The notes: generated from the sequence alone by a model not told the origin. A stretch of 64,000 bases of DNA from an uncultured Gammaproteobacteria bacterium (GCA_964616135.1 CAZTTQ010000001.1:43875-107874); one strand, 5' to 3'; counted from the stretch's first letter, positions 1 through 8,959 are shown. Numbers and translations: made by a program.

Positions 1-41
1 CTCCCCACCCATCTCCGGCTCCCAGCCGGGAGGAGCTCTTA

Positions 42-413
42 ATGGATTTCGTCATCGCGTCCGCGTGCGTGTTCACCGTCGTCGTCTTGCTCTGGGCGTT
101 CAGCGGAGAACTGGACCAGGCGTTCATGCCCGTCCATACCTGCCTGGCGACCGTGGTCCGGATCGAGATGGCGCCCGTCAACGTTCCTCCGTCGGGATCC
201 GAGGCGGAGTTGCCCGCTTCCATCACGAATATGCGGGTGGCCCAAATCCGCGTCGTTGACCTCGACTTAGATGACGGCGGAAGCGGCCAGTACGCCGGCC
301 AACCGCCCACACTCCTATCCAAGGACGAACGCGTACGGTGCACCTACCGGATCGGCCGCACGGGCCACCGGTATATCCGCACCGTGGACAAGCTTGCCCC
401 CGCCGACGCCTAG
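42..413 (+). CDS. hypothetical small protein with N-terminal hydrophobic segment
   Basis: The ORF is preceded by GGGAGGAG 7 nt upstream of ATG and is immediately followed by a strong hairpin+T9 terminator; the opposite-strand ORFs look like antisense artefacts. Confidence 0.45.
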   Translation: MDFVIASACVFTVVVLLWAFSGELDQAFMPVHTCLATVVRIEMAPVNVPPSGSEAELPASITNMRVAQIRVVDLDLDDGGSGQYAGQPPTLLSKDERVRCTYRIGRTGHRYIRTVDKLAPADA

Positions 414-436
414 CGTCGCGCGGGGGATTTTTTTTT
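396..436. terminator. intrinsic terminator (GC hairpin cccccgccgacgcc/ggcgtcgcgcggggg + T9)
   Basis: Near-perfect inverted repeat followed by attttttttt, read directly from sequence. Confidence 0.7.
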
Positions 437-443
437 GGAACAG

Positions 444-470
444 AAAAGCGCTCCGTTGCCGGAGCGCTTT
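444..470 (-). terminator. intrinsic terminator for small basic ORF (agcgctccg/cggagcgct, 9-bp stem + TTTTCTGTT on minus strand)
   Basis: Perfect 9-bp stem with 4-nt loop directly after the stop codon of 474..599. Confidence 0.5.
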
Positions 471-473
471 CGC

Positions 474-599
474 TTAGGCTTTCGCCTTGGCCTTGGCGGC
501 CAGTTTCGTCAGGCGGATAGCCTTCTGCGTGCGGATGCGGGCGAGGTCCAGCTTGCGCTGTGCCTTCCACATCGTGCGAACCTTTTTGCGCATGCCCAT
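474..599 (-). CDS. small highly basic protein (41 aa, MGMRKKVRTMWKAQRKLDLARIRTQKAIRLTKLAAKAKAKA); ribosomal-protein-like composition but not identified
   Basis: Short Lys/Arg-rich ORF with its own downstream hairpin terminator; upstream extension to 683 is in track but N-terminal part looks non-coding. Confidence 0.35.
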   Translation of the reverse strand: MGMRKKVRTMWKAQRKLDLARIRTQKAIRLTKLAAKAKAKA

Positions 600-683
600 A
601 GGGAAGTAGATCAGTATGTGCCGGAGGATACAGGAATCCCGGAGGGGAGTCAAGAGCCGGGCCTGTGGTACAATGGAGGCCAT

Positions 684-1082
684 ATGATTGCCATGGGGGA
701 CCCGTATTTGGTGCTGTACGGAGCGATGTTGTTCCTATTCGGCATCGCCTTGGCCTTGGTAGCCCTGCTGCCAAAGGCCGAGCACGCCGGCTGGCCGCTG
801 GCCGGGGTGCTGGGGACGCTGACGGCCTTGTTCGCCGGGTTGTTCGCCTATGACTTGGCACGCCTGTACGCGGCGGACGTGCGCCCGCAGGACTTGGGCT
901 ACCGTTGGGCGCTGTACGTGGCCGCGGTGCTGTTGTGCGGTACGGGCACGCTTCTTTTGGGTACCTTTGGGAACCACATCATGGCCCCGCAGGCAAAAGA
1001 ATACCGTTTGGCGACGCTCATCTGCCTGTTGTTGTCCGCCGCCGCGCTGGCCGGGGTCGTCCTTCAACCCTTGTTCGCCTAA
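684..1082 (+). CDS. hypothetical membrane protein (multiple TM helices)
   Basis: The internal ATG at 684 has a GGAGG 6 nt upstream and a TACAAT -10-like box; the product is hydrophobic and the true start lies inside track ORF 435..1082. Confidence 0.5.
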   Translation: MIAMGDPYLVLYGAMLFLFGIALALVALLPKAEHAGWPLAGVLGTLTALFAGLFAYDLARLYAADVRPQDLGYRWALYVAAVLLCGTGTLLLGTFGNHIMAPQAKEYRLATLICLLLSAAALAGVVLQPLFA

Positions 1083-1083
1083 T

Positions 1084-1434
1084 ATGCCGCACCACTCCAC
1101 GCGCTTGCACGAACCGGTGGCCTTGGGTGCCTTGTTCGCGGCCGGCGTCTCGCTCCACGTCCTGTGGATCGCGAACCTGATTACGCTCCGCGCCCCGGGC
1201 GCCGCGCGGACCATGTCGCTGGTGCCGGAACTCGGCCCCGCGTCCGGATTGTTCGCTTTGTGCGCTCTGGTGTATGCCGTCGTATTCCTGGGAACGGTCG
1301 CGCTGTTCCGTGGGCGCGACTGCGAGCCGGCCCGTGACGGAGTGTTTTGGTTCTTCCTGTCCTCCGTGGTCGCGTTCGCTCTGCTGACCCTGCCGTTCGT
1401 CGCCGGGTTTTCCGCCACGCTGCGCTTGGAGTAG
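1084..1434 (+). CDS. hypothetical membrane protein
   Basis: ATG 1 nt after previous stop (translational coupling); hydrophobic segments; internal start of track ORF 850..1434. Confidence 0.5.
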   Translation: MPHHSTRLHEPVALGALFAAGVSLHVLWIANLITLRAPGAARTMSLVPELGPASGLFALCALVYAVVFLGTVALFRGRDCEPARDGVFWFFLSSVVAFALLTLPFVAGFSATLRLE

Positions 1435-1476
1435 TGCAAGGGGATAACCCTTTTGTGTCTCGTTCCGTGTGCGGAT

Positions 1477-2106
1477 CTAAACGCGAATCTCCGCTCCTGC
1501 GCCGAGAAGCGTCGTGCGCGCGCCTTCGACGAGAATAAATTGTCGGTCCGTTAGTATTTTTACTGGATGGGATGCGGCAGGGACGCGTTCCCTCAGTATG
1601 TCGTCCCATTTCGTCTCATAGTGTACTGACAGTAGAAAAGGGACTAGATTCATTGCAGTAAGATCCGTTAGACCAAAACGATTGACGTGTCGGTCTTTCC
1701 AAGTAGCTGTCTCTATTGTTGGACAGGCAATGTATGCTCCTGCGCTTATGCCGATATAGATCTTTCCCTGATCAAGCATTTTTGGCACCAAGGATATGAA
1801 TCCGCTTTCTCGAGCGCATTTTAAAAGGTAGAACGTATTACCGCCTTGTACGTAGATGATGTCTTGATCTTCCAAGGAACGATGCACGTCCTCCGGTCGC
1901 ATCCCCGCGATGTCTACTTCTTTTATTTGGAAACCAGCTTGTTGCAATAGCAGGTTCTGCTTGATGAGGTATTTCCGGTCGGTCCGAACATTTGCTGCTG
2001 TCACAATGTTCGCGAGTTTTAGTTCTTTTGGTGGTTTGGGGAGGAGTTTAAGAATTTCGTCTTGTGTCAGGGACATCCCCGATGAAGTCAAAAGTAATTT
2101 CCTCAT
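1477..2106 (-). CDS. pepE: peptidase E-like alpha-aspartyl dipeptidase (peptidase S51 family)
   Basis: S51 motifs (YVQGGNTF, GISAG). Likely start is MRKLLLTSSG (M39 of the track ORF). The gene body is distinctly lower in GC than its flanks. Confidence 0.7.
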   Translation of the reverse strand: MRKLLLTSSGMSLTQDEILKLLPKPPKELKLANIVTAANVRTDRKYLIKQNLLLQQAGFQIKEVDIAGMRPEDVHRSLEDQDIIYVQGGNTFYLLKCARESGFISLVPKMLDQGKIYIGISAGAYIACPTIETATWKDRHVNRFGLTDLTAMNLVPFLLSVHYETKWDDILRERVPAASHPVKILTDRQFILVEGARTTLLGAGAEIRV

Positions 2107-2220
2107 AAAACCGAGTGAAAGATGACTCGAGACCGTCATCATACAATGATTCACCCTTTCTCTTAATATACCTCCTTTGGCTGTTGCCCTTCTTTTGTTT
2201 TTCACGCAAGATCGAGCCAT

Positions 2221-3696
2221 ATGGAACTCCTCCTCACACAGGCGAATCCGGCGAAAGTCCTATGCGATACGCTGGCGTTGTTTTGGACGGAAGGAAAACA
2301 AAGCGGGATCACCAAAGAAGTGGATACGGCGTTGGACGGACTGTTGACGCAGGTGTCCGTGGAAGAGGGATTCAAGGGGAAGGCGGGTGAAACGCTCGCG
2401 CTGCGGACCGAGGGGAAATTGGCCGCCAAGCGCGTGCTGTTGGTCGGATGCGGCCCGTTGAAAGAACAGGCGGAGGAGACGGTGCGCGTGGCGGCCGCCA
2501 CGGCGTTGAACGCGGTTAAAAAGACCGGCGGGAAGTTGGTGATCGGCCTGGACGCGTTGAAGGACGTGGGAATGGGCGAAGCCGCCAAGGCGGCCGCGGA
2601 AGGCGCGTTGCTCGCGGGGTATCGGTACGGGCAATTCAAGACGCTGGAAGCGGAAGGGCCCGCGCTGGTCGTTTTGCTCGTTTCGGACGCAAAGGCGTTG
2701 AAGCAGGCGAAAGAAGGATTCGCCCTCGGGAAGCTGTTTGCGGAGGCGACCAAAACCGCCCGCGACTTGGTGAACCACCCGGGCGGGCACCTGACGCCGG
2801 CGGAACTGGCGAAGCAGGCCGAAGCGCTGGTGGCCGGCAAGGCGCGCGTTTCGTTCACGTCGTACGACAAGGCGAAGTTGTCGGAGATGGGCATGGGCGG
2901 GCTGTTGGGCGTCGGGCAGGGGAGCGACCATGACCCGGTGCTCGTCCACATGGCGTACTCGCCCGCCAAGGCAAAGAAGCGCGTGGCGCTGGTCGGAAAA
3001 GCGATCACGTTCGATTCGGGCGGCCTATCCATCAAGACCAGCAAGGGCATGGAGACCATGAAGTGCGACATGGCCGGCGCCGCGGCCGTCATCGGCGCGT
3101 TCTCCGCTATTTCGGCCTTGAAGCCGGACGTGGAAGTGCACGGTATTTTCGGCGCCTGCGAGAACATGGTGAGCGGCAACTCGCTCCGTCCCGGCGACGT
3201 GGTGAAAACCATGGGTGGCAAGACGATCGAAATTCTGAACACGGACGCCGAAGGCCGCGTGACGCTGGCGGACACGCTCCATTACGCAACGACGCTCGAA
3301 CCGGACTACATCATCGACTTGGCGACACTGACGGGCGCCGTCGTGGTCGCGCTCGGGGAGGAAATCACCGGCCTCATGTCCAACGACCCGCGTTTGGCCG
3401 CCAAGGTGAAAGCCGCGAGCGTCGAAGCCGGGGAGAAAATGTGGGAGCTTCCGCTCGAGCCGAACTACACGTTCGAACTGAAGTCCGACGTCGCGGACTA
3501 TAAGAACGACACGAGCCGCAACGGCATGTCGCTGACGGCCGGGTTGCTGCTGCAGGAATTCGTCGCCGGGAAGCCGTGGGTCCACTTGGACATCGCCGGC
3601 CCCGCGTTTGCCGATCGCCCGCACAACGCCTACACCAAAAAAGGCGGCACGGGACACGGGGTGCGCACGTTATTGACGTGGTTGCGCGCGCAGTAG
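2221..3696 (+). CDS. pepA: leucyl aminopeptidase (M17 family)
   Basis: Full-length M17 signature including NTDAEGRL-type motif (NTDAEGRVTLADTL), 491 aa. Confidence 0.9.
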   Translation: MELLLTQANPAKVLCDTLALFWTEGKQSGITKEVDTALDGLLTQVSVEEGFKGKAGETLALRTEGKLAAKRVLLVGCGPLKEQAEETVRVAAATALNAVKKTGGKLVIGLDALKDVGMGEAAKAAAEGALLAGYRYGQFKTLEAEGPALVVLLVSDAKALKQAKEGFALGKLFAEATKTARDLVNHPGGHLTPAELAKQAEALVAGKARVSFTSYDKAKLSEMGMGGLLGVGQGSDHDPVLVHMAYSPAKAKKRVALVGKAITFDSGGLSIKTSKGMETMKCDMAGAAAVIGAFSAISALKPDVEVHGIFGACENMVSGNSLRPGDVVKTMGGKTIEILNTDAEGRVTLADTLHYATTLEPDYIIDLATLTGAVVVALGEEITGLMSNDPRLAAKVKAASVEAGEKMWELPLEPNYTFELKSDVADYKNDTSRNGMSLTAGLLLQEFVAGKPWVHLDIAGPAFADRPHNAYTKKGGTGHGVRTLLTWLRAQ

Positions 3697-3702
3697 GCGG
3701 GA

Positions 3703-3730
3703 AAGAAAAAGCGGCCCGACGAAGTGTCGG
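3703..3730. terminator. imperfect hairpin between convergent pepA and 3742..5265
   Basis: gcggcccgac...gtcggaccgc inverted repeat in 45-nt convergent gap. Confidence 0.35.
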
Positions 3731-3741
3731 ACCGCGAGAGA

Positions 3742-5265
3742 TTACTCGGCGTCTGCCATTGCCGGGACGAACGTCACGGCGACGACGGACGGGGTGAGAT
3801 GGCGGCCGTTCGGGTGGAACAGGACGACGTCGCCGTCGCGCGGGAAGTAGCGGTGGTTGCCGCGTTCCTGCACGTAGAGCGTCTTTCCGTCCTCGACCGC
3901 CTGTTGGAAGCCGCCCTTGGGGTGGCGCCGCCGCACGATGGTGCCGAGTCGGTACCCCGCCAGCTGGAGATGGCGGCGAAGGGCCTTCTCCAGGCCATCG
4001 TCCTCGCGTCCCAGCTGCCGCCAGGCGACGTACACCTTGGAGGCGTTGGCGGACAGGAGGACCCGGCTCACGGTCTTGGCGTAAAAGCCGTGGCGCTCCT
4101 CCGGCGGCAGCTCCAGGAGGAGCGTGAACAGGAACTGCGCCGTCGGCTTCACGAGGAAGTCCTTCTCGACGGCCGCCAGCCGTTCCGCGAAGCGCGTGCG
4201 CTGGTCGACGGACAGACGTGCCCACTCGTCCGCGGGGACGTCCGAGACGGAATCGAGGCGGTCCAGCGCGTCTCCGACGATGATGTCCGCGGCGGCAGCG
4301 TCGAGGCGGCGCAGGATCCGCGCCCGCGCCTTGACCGTCTCGCCCGGGGCCTTCTCGGCGCAGAGGAGGAGTGCGGTCTCGAGCTCGCGGTTCGTCAGCA
4401 CGGACCAGGGGTTCAACCCGCAGAAAGCCGCCGTCCACTTCTCGGCCGCGGTCGGCCGCGCGTGCGGCGGAAACTCGAGCACGAAGTGGAAGGGGACGTT
4501 GGGCGGGAGACCGGCGTCCATCCGGGCGTTCTGCTCTGCCACCGTCTTCTCGATGGACGGCCAGGCCTTGTCCGGGGCACGGACGAGCTCGTCGTGGCGC
4601 CCGTTGCGCCCGTGTTCGATGCCCAGCCTCCGGACGGTCATCGCGATCGGACTTGCGTCCTCCGGTCGCTCGATCCCGTACCGTAGGAAGTCATGGACGT
4701 CGTTTGCCATCCCCGGTTCGATCCGCGTCCCGCGCAGGCGCTCGAGGAGCGCCTCGGCCATCGTCGCGCGGGAGACGCCTGCCATGGCGGCGGCACGCAC
4801 CCACTCGTTGTTGGTGGCGCCGAAGCGGGGATAGAGATCGCGGACGCAGCGGGTGCGGCCCTCGGGGGAGAGAAGCCGCAGCAGCTCCGGGGAGATGAGG
4901 AAGCTCCGGAAGAACCAGTGGGACGAGAGACGGACGCCCTCGTTCTTCTCCTGCGGATTTCCCTCCGCCCGGTCGTAGAGGCGGACCACGCTCTCCAGGA
5001 AGATGTCCGCGTCGCCGACGATCTGCAGGAACGGTTCCGGGTTCTCCGCGATCCAGCGCATTCCCATGGACACGGGGATCGTCTCGAACCCGCAGGCATC
5101 GATGAGGAGGATGAACCGCAGGAGGTCCGTCGGGGTCGCCGTGCCCGCCTTGACCTTCGCGGGGAAGGCGTCGCGGGCGGCCTGGAGTTCGTCGTAGGCC
5201 GTCCAGGTTCCCGCGATTTCCTGTCCCAGGATCTGTCGTGCGTCGATCAAGCTGACGGTCTGCAT
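3742..5265 (-). CDS. hypothetical protein (~507 aa), no recognisable family
   Basis: Protein-like composition and high GC3; start assigned to MQTVSL (M35) because the first 34 codons have low GC3 and the M35 ATG has GGAG 7 nt upstream; overlapping + strand ORF 3724..4686 has antisense-type composition. Confidence 0.6.
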   Translation of the reverse strand: MQTVSLIDARQILGQEIAGTWTAYDELQAARDAFPAKVKAGTATPTDLLRFILLIDACGFETIPVSMGMRWIAENPEPFLQIVGDADIFLESVVRLYDRAEGNPQEKNEGVRLSSHWFFRSFLISPELLRLLSPEGRTRCVRDLYPRFGATNNEWVRAAAMAGVSRATMAEALLERLRGTRIEPGMANDVHDFLRYGIERPEDASPIAMTVRRLGIEHGRNGRHDELVRAPDKAWPSIEKTVAEQNARMDAGLPPNVPFHFVLEFPPHARPTAAEKWTAAFCGLNPWSVLTNRELETALLLCAEKAPGETVKARARILRRLDAAAADIIVGDALDRLDSVSDVPADEWARLSVDQRTRFAERLAAVEKDFLVKPTAQFLFTLLLELPPEERHGFYAKTVSRVLLSANASKVYVAWRQLGREDDGLEKALRRHLQLAGYRLGTIVRRRHPKGGFQQAVEDGKTLYVQERGNHRYFPRDGDVVLFHPNGRHLTPSVVAVTFVPAMADAE

Positions 5266-5385
5266 CAAGGTCTCCGGTCGGTCGTCGAAAGACGTTGCCG
5301 AGTGAGAGGGGGGGGGTCTCGCATTCTCCGAAGGATTTCGAAGAAATACGAGGGGCGTTCTTATCATAAAAAACCCACGTTGTCA

Positions 5386-5676
5386 ATGGATATAGACGAT
5401 ATGCATCTCCTCCAACCGACGCACCGAAAATGGGTATTGGTTTGCACGAACATGAAAGAACCCGGGAAACCCTGTTGTGGGATCCAGGGGAGTGCCGACC
5501 TGCACCTGAAGTTAAAGGAGGCCATGAAGGCGGCGGACCTGACCGTCCGCGTGTCCAAGACCGGCTGTTTGGACCGTTGTTCCGAGGGACCCGTTGTCGC
5601 CATCATGCCGGATAACCGTTGGTTTGGCGGCGTTACCGAAGCGGACATCCCGGCCATCATTGAAGCGGCGAAATAA
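5386..5676 (+). CDS. thioredoxin-like [2Fe-2S] ferredoxin domain protein
   Basis: The Cys pattern C-x9-CC-x29-C-x3-C matches thioredoxin-like 2Fe-2S ferredoxins (NuoE/Fd4-like); the gene ends at a perfect palindromic terminator. Confidence 0.7.
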   Translation: MDIDDMHLLQPTHRKWVLVCTNMKEPGKPCCGIQGSADLHLKLKEAMKAADLTVRVSKTGCLDRCSEGPVVAIMPDNRWFGGVTEADIPAIIEAAK

Positions 5677-5682
5677 AAACGC

Positions 5683-5706
5683 ACGGCCCCGCGGGGCCGT
5701 GTTTGC
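5683..5706. terminator. bidirectional intrinsic terminator (cacggccccgcggggccgtg + TTTGCGTT)
   Basis: Perfect 20-nt palindrome followed by T-rich tail. Confidence 0.7.
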
Positions 5707-5710
5707 GTTG

Positions 5711-5746
5711 GAAGAAAAATCCCCCGGCCACAGGCGTGGTCGGGGG
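5711..5746 (-). terminator. minus-strand terminator of lipoprotein paralog 1; a copy of the cassette hairpin (cccccggccacAGGCGtggtcggggg + T-rich)
   Basis: Same hairpin sequence as at 7406-7432 and 8918-8944; T/A tract gaagaaaaat adjacent. Confidence 0.6.
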
Positions 5747-5752
5747 AGAAGG

Positions 5753-7279
5753 TCAGAACGACAGGTCTTTGCCGGCGACGAGCGGGTCGCCGTTGACGCA
5801 GAAGCCCTGCGCCATGACGAGGTCCGTGTAGCAGAAGCGGAGAATCTCGACGCGGAGGACGTTGCCCGGAACGGCCCGGGTCGCGTCCATTGCGAAACGG
5901 AAGACCCGTTCGGTCCCGTTTGCAAGCGTCCCGCCGTTTCCCGCCATGTTGATGACTGAGACCGTGGGGGAGATCGCCGTCCGGGTGACATCCGCGAAGA
6001 GTGCGGCGTCCGGCAGGGCGGCGTCCGTGGTCCGAACCGCCTCCGTGCCGCCGTACCACCCGTCGTGGGTGAGGCGGTACCGTACGGAGGTGAGGAGGGC
6101 GTCGTGTCCGGCGGGTGCGGCGGGGTTCACTACGCGGAACGCCAGCGTGTTGGCGAACGACGGGGAGACGGTTCCCGCGGGGGAATCGTCCGTCCGCGCG
6201 GCTTGCGGCATCTGGGGGATCCGGATGAACGCGTAGTCGTGGTGGGACGCGTTCGTCGCGCCGTAGGCGATCTCCGGAACTTCTCCCGTATCGGCGTCCC
6301 GCAGGTCGATGGACCGGAGGGACGCGGCCAGGAGGAAGTTCGGCGCGCCGACGTTCGCGTTCGTCCAACAGAAGACGCCGAGTTCGCCGGATCCATGCAG
6401 GACGAACGGTTGGTCCGCGAACGAGAGGACGGTCCGTCCCTCTTCGGCCGCGGGACGCCGTCCGGATGCCTGTCCCGGAGGCGTGGTTGGCCCCGCGTAG
6501 GAAACGTAGCAGGCGCCGATACGGTCGCGCAGCAAGGAGGAAGACGCCTCCCAGACGTTGGTCCCGTCGAACGGGGCCACGTCCTGGACGACGTCGAGGT
6601 CGATCCTGGCCACGCGGACGTTCCGGTCTCCGGCACGGACGGAGAGGCGGAGGAACTGGAACAGGCCGCCCGGATACGACTGGGTGACCGTGTCCTCGTC
6701 CGGAGACGCGTCCCCGACCGCCACGATGCCGGGCGGCGGGTTTACCAACGGTTCGCATGAGCGGCCGTCCGCGGCGAGGGTTTCCCCCCGTTCGCAGCGC
6801 CGCTTGCACGTGGCGGTTGCCGTGTCGAACAGCCATCCCTCGTCACACGTGACGTCGTAGGCGCAGGATGCATGGCCGGTCTCCCGGTCCATGTTCGGCG
6901 AGAGGCCGTCCGGACACGTGATCGTGACGTCCGGGCACTCCTTTTCGGAGAACACCTCCGCGCCCGTGGAGAGACAGACGTAGAAGATCACTTCTTCCGG
7001 CGGCTGCGTCGTGGGGCACGCGCCCGCGCGCGGGCGGATGGAACCGTCGGCGCAGACGTAGACGCGCTTCTCGACGACCTTCGCAGGACCGCCGAACGGA
7101 TGGCAGGCGATCCCGCCGTCTTCCACCACCGCCCCTTCATCGGGGAGGCAGGGGACTGAGAAGCAGGCGCCGGAGGAGGTCGCGTACGACCCTTCCGGGC
7201 ACGAGGAGGAGACGGGGGCGTCTCCACAGGATGCCAGGGCCGATGCGGCCAGGGCGAAGTACATGAGGCGGGTGCGCAT
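5753..7279 (-). CDS. secreted cysteine-rich lipoprotein, paralog 1 of a tandem family (508 aa)
   Basis: The signal peptide ends in a lipobox (ALASC) and the N-terminal half is cysteine-rich. The C-terminal region aligns with paralog 2 (e.g. VRVDVTGFCYRD / LRVEILRFCYTD). The gene has an ATG start with GGAGGT. Confidence 0.75.
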   Translation of the reverse strand: MRTRLMYFALAASALASCGDAPVSSSCPEGSYATSSGACFSVPCLPDEGAVVEDGGIACHPFGGPAKVVEKRVYVCADGSIRPRAGACPTTQPPEEVIFYVCLSTGAEVFSEKECPDVTITCPDGLSPNMDRETGHASCAYDVTCDEGWLFDTATATCKRRCERGETLAADGRSCEPLVNPPPGIVAVGDASPDEDTVTQSYPGGLFQFLRLSVRAGDRNVRVARIDLDVVQDVAPFDGTNVWEASSSLLRDRIGACYVSYAGPTTPPGQASGRRPAAEEGRTVLSFADQPFVLHGSGELGVFCWTNANVGAPNFLLAASLRSIDLRDADTGEVPEIAYGATNASHHDYAFIRIPQMPQAARTDDSPAGTVSPSFANTLAFRVVNPAAPAGHDALLTSVRYRLTHDGWYGGTEAVRTTDAALPDAALFADVTRTAISPTVSVINMAGNGGTLANGTERVFRFAMDATRAVPGNVLRVEILRFCYTDLVMAQGFCVNGDPLVAGKDLSF

Positions 7280-7346
7280 GGCACCTCCGATATCCCCGGA
7301 ATGGGGACGGGTTTTGGCCCTTTCAAGGGGGCCTGGTTGGGAGAGA
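7280..7346 (-). promoter_or_regulatory. conserved structured 5' leader (copy 1): two hairpins GGCCC-CCUUGAAA-GGGCC and UCCCC-AUUCC-GGGGA before GGAGG
   Basis: ~65 nt of near-identical sequence also at 9860-9925 and 10383-10450, read on the minus strand. Confidence 0.5.
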
Positions 7347-7356
7347 GCAAGGACGA

Positions 7357-7385
7357 ATGATAGGTCTTTTTCAACCGTTTGTCAA
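7357..7385 (-). promoter_or_regulatory. sigma70-type promoter TTGACA-N17-TATCAT (minus strand) for paralog 1
   Basis: Exact consensus -35 and 17-nt spacer; part of repeated cassette. Confidence 0.6.
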
Positions 7386-7393
7386 TCGTCCAT

Positions 7394-7432
7394 GGAAAAG
7401 AAAATCCCCCGGCCACGGCGTGTGGTCGGGGG
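7394..7432 (-). terminator. terminator of paralog 2 (hairpin cccccggccac/gtggtcggggg + ATTTTCTTTTCC on minus strand); cassette copy A
   Basis: GC hairpin immediately followed by T-rich run downstream of stop at 7439. Confidence 0.6.
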
Positions 7433-7438
7433 AGAGCG

Positions 7439-8791
7439 TCAGAACGTCCACGTCTCGCCCGTGATGAGCACGGAGGAGTTGTCCAGGCAGGTTTCCACGT
7501 CCGCGAACGGATCGCGGTAGCAGAACCCGGTGACGTCGACGCGGACGGTGTCCGTGCCGGGCGCCCGCGCCTGCTCCGTGTCCATCTGGAACCGGAGCGT
7601 CAGCGGACGGGACGCCTGGATCGGGACCGCGTCGCGGGCCGTGTCCTGCATGAGGAACAGGAATTCCCCGTTGCTGGCGTTCGTCTGGATGTTGGTGAAC
7701 AACGAGCGCGACGGGTCGCGGATGTCGGTCACCCGTACGGTGGAAGGCGCGGTGTACCAGCCGTTGTCGATGATCGCAAACTGGACGGACCAGGTCTGCA
7801 GATCTCGACAGGACGCGTCGGCCACCACGTCGAACCGGAGGACTTCCCGGAGCGTGGTGGGCGTGGTGGGGTCCCAGTCCGTCTGCCCGACCTGGAGGAC
7901 GGGCGGCGGACAGGGGGGAAGCGGCGCGGCGCGGACCTGGTAGCTGAAATCGCTGTTCAGGTCCTCGAAGGTCACTTCGCTGCCGACGATGGGTTCGCCG
8001 GTTTCCGCGTCGACCAGGGTGACCAGGTCGAGCACGAGCGCCACGTGGTATGCGACCGGCGACGGCTTGAGGTCGCACTGGACGCTCACGTTGATGGACG
8101 TCCCCGAGCCGACGGCTTCGGGAAAGAACACCATCGCCTGCTCGGACAGGGGGACGTGGTCCAAGGACACTGGCCCCGCGACCTGCGCGGTGCTTGCATC
8201 CGTCAGCGTGCAGTCGCCGAGGTATTCGGCGACGTCCGCCTGGGTATGGAGCCACAGGGTCCGGTCGGGCACGACGCCGTCCTGCTCCACGCCGACGTAG
8301 GCGAGGAACCGGACGTCGCGCAACGTCACGGCGCGCGTCTCGTCCTGGATGATGAGCGGAAACAGGTCGGTGCGGGTTCCCACCGTCGTGTCGACGAGCC
8401 GCGGGACGCCGCCGTTCGGCGGGCGGACGGAGACGGTCCCCCGGACCTGCTGTCGGACACAGCCGTCGCCGGAGGCGTTCACCGTCTGGCCGGGCGGGCA
8501 CACCTTGAGGCAGGCCTTGGAGACCTCCTCGTACGCGTACCCGTCCGCGCAGGCCCGGGGACAGTCTTCCGGACGATCGACGTAGGTGTCGGTCGCCACG
8601 CACTTGTACTTGGTGACCGTCTCCTTTACGGTCACGGTTTCCTTGATGACGACCGGGGCGTCGACCGGGCACCGGGCCGGGTCGGTCACCCGCGTCTGCG
8701 CCGCGTCGCGGCAGACGTATTCCTGCGGCACGTCACCGCAGGCGGTGGCAAGGGAAAAGAGCAAGACGAACGGGACAGGGGGACGGAACAT
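7439..8791 (-). CDS. secreted cysteine-containing lipoprotein, paralog 2 (451 aa)
   Basis: Start taken at MFRPPVPFVLLFSLATAC (lipobox) with AAGGAG 6 nt upstream; C-terminal homology to paralog 1; longer track ORF to 8887 rejected. Confidence 0.7.
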   Translation of the reverse strand: MFRPPVPFVLLFSLATACGDVPQEYVCRDAAQTRVTDPARCPVDAPVVIKETVTVKETVTKYKCVATDTYVDRPEDCPRACADGYAYEEVSKACLKVCPPGQTVNASGDGCVRQQVRGTVSVRPPNGGVPRLVDTTVGTRTDLFPLIIQDETRAVTLRDVRFLAYVGVEQDGVVPDRTLWLHTQADVAEYLGDCTLTDASTAQVAGPVSLDHVPLSEQAMVFFPEAVGSGTSINVSVQCDLKPSPVAYHVALVLDLVTLVDAETGEPIVGSEVTFEDLNSDFSYQVRAAPLPPCPPPVLQVGQTDWDPTTPTTLREVLRFDVVADASCRDLQTWSVQFAIIDNGWYTAPSTVRVTDIRDPSRSLFTNIQTNASNGEFLFLMQDTARDAVPIQASRPLTLRFQMDTEQARAPGTDTVRVDVTGFCYRDPFADVETCLDNSSVLITGETWTF

Positions 8792-8868
8792 GGGTTTACT
8801 CCTTCGGTGGGGCGCGGCCTTCGCCATTACGATAACACGTCCGTTCATTTGTGATAGGGCGAGGAGTG

Positions 8869-8897
8869 ACGATAGGCGTTTTTCCAAGGTTTGTCAA
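8869..8897 (-). promoter_or_regulatory. sigma70-type promoter TTGACA-N17-TATCGT (minus strand) for paralog 2; cassette copy B
   Basis: Consensus -35, 17-nt spacer; ~85 nt cassette nearly identical to 7345-7440. Confidence 0.6.
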
Positions 8898-8905
8898 CCG
8901 TCCGT

Positions 8906-8944
8906 GGAAAAGAAAATCCCCCGGCCACAGTGTGTGGTCGGGGG
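8906..8944 (-). terminator. terminator of paralog 3 (cassette copy B hairpin + T-rich)
   Basis: cccccggccacagtgtgtggtcggggg hairpin followed on minus strand by attttcttttcc. Confidence 0.6.
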
Positions 8945-8959
8945 AGGTAGGGGGCGCGT

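Noticed and set aside
223-1439. Overlapping minus-strand ORFs 223..861 and 735..1439
   Set aside because: They lie antisense to membrane-protein genes that have SD sequences, and are Arg/Pro/Ser-rich with no motifs.
2202-3657. Minus-strand ORFs 2202..3275, 2260..2949 and 3025..3657
   Set aside because: They lie antisense to pepA, whose M17 motifs are unambiguous.
3724-4686. + strand ORF of 320 aa
   Set aside because: It has antisense-type composition, while the opposite-strand 3742..5265 ORF has protein-like composition and an SD-preceded start.
5364-8854. ORFs 5364..6836 (-), 7371..8672 (-) and 7379..8854 (+)
   Set aside because: These alternative-frame or antisense ORFs overlap the lipoprotein paralogs, which have signal peptides, lipoboxes and mutual homology. 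The rejected ORFs are extremely R/P/G-rich.
8792-8887. N-terminal extension of paralog 2 (track start 8887, MEKRLSS...)
   Set aside because: The extension would bury the lipoprotein signal peptide 32 residues inside the protein and would overlap the promoter -10 box. The ATG at 8791 has AAGGAG 6 nt upstream.
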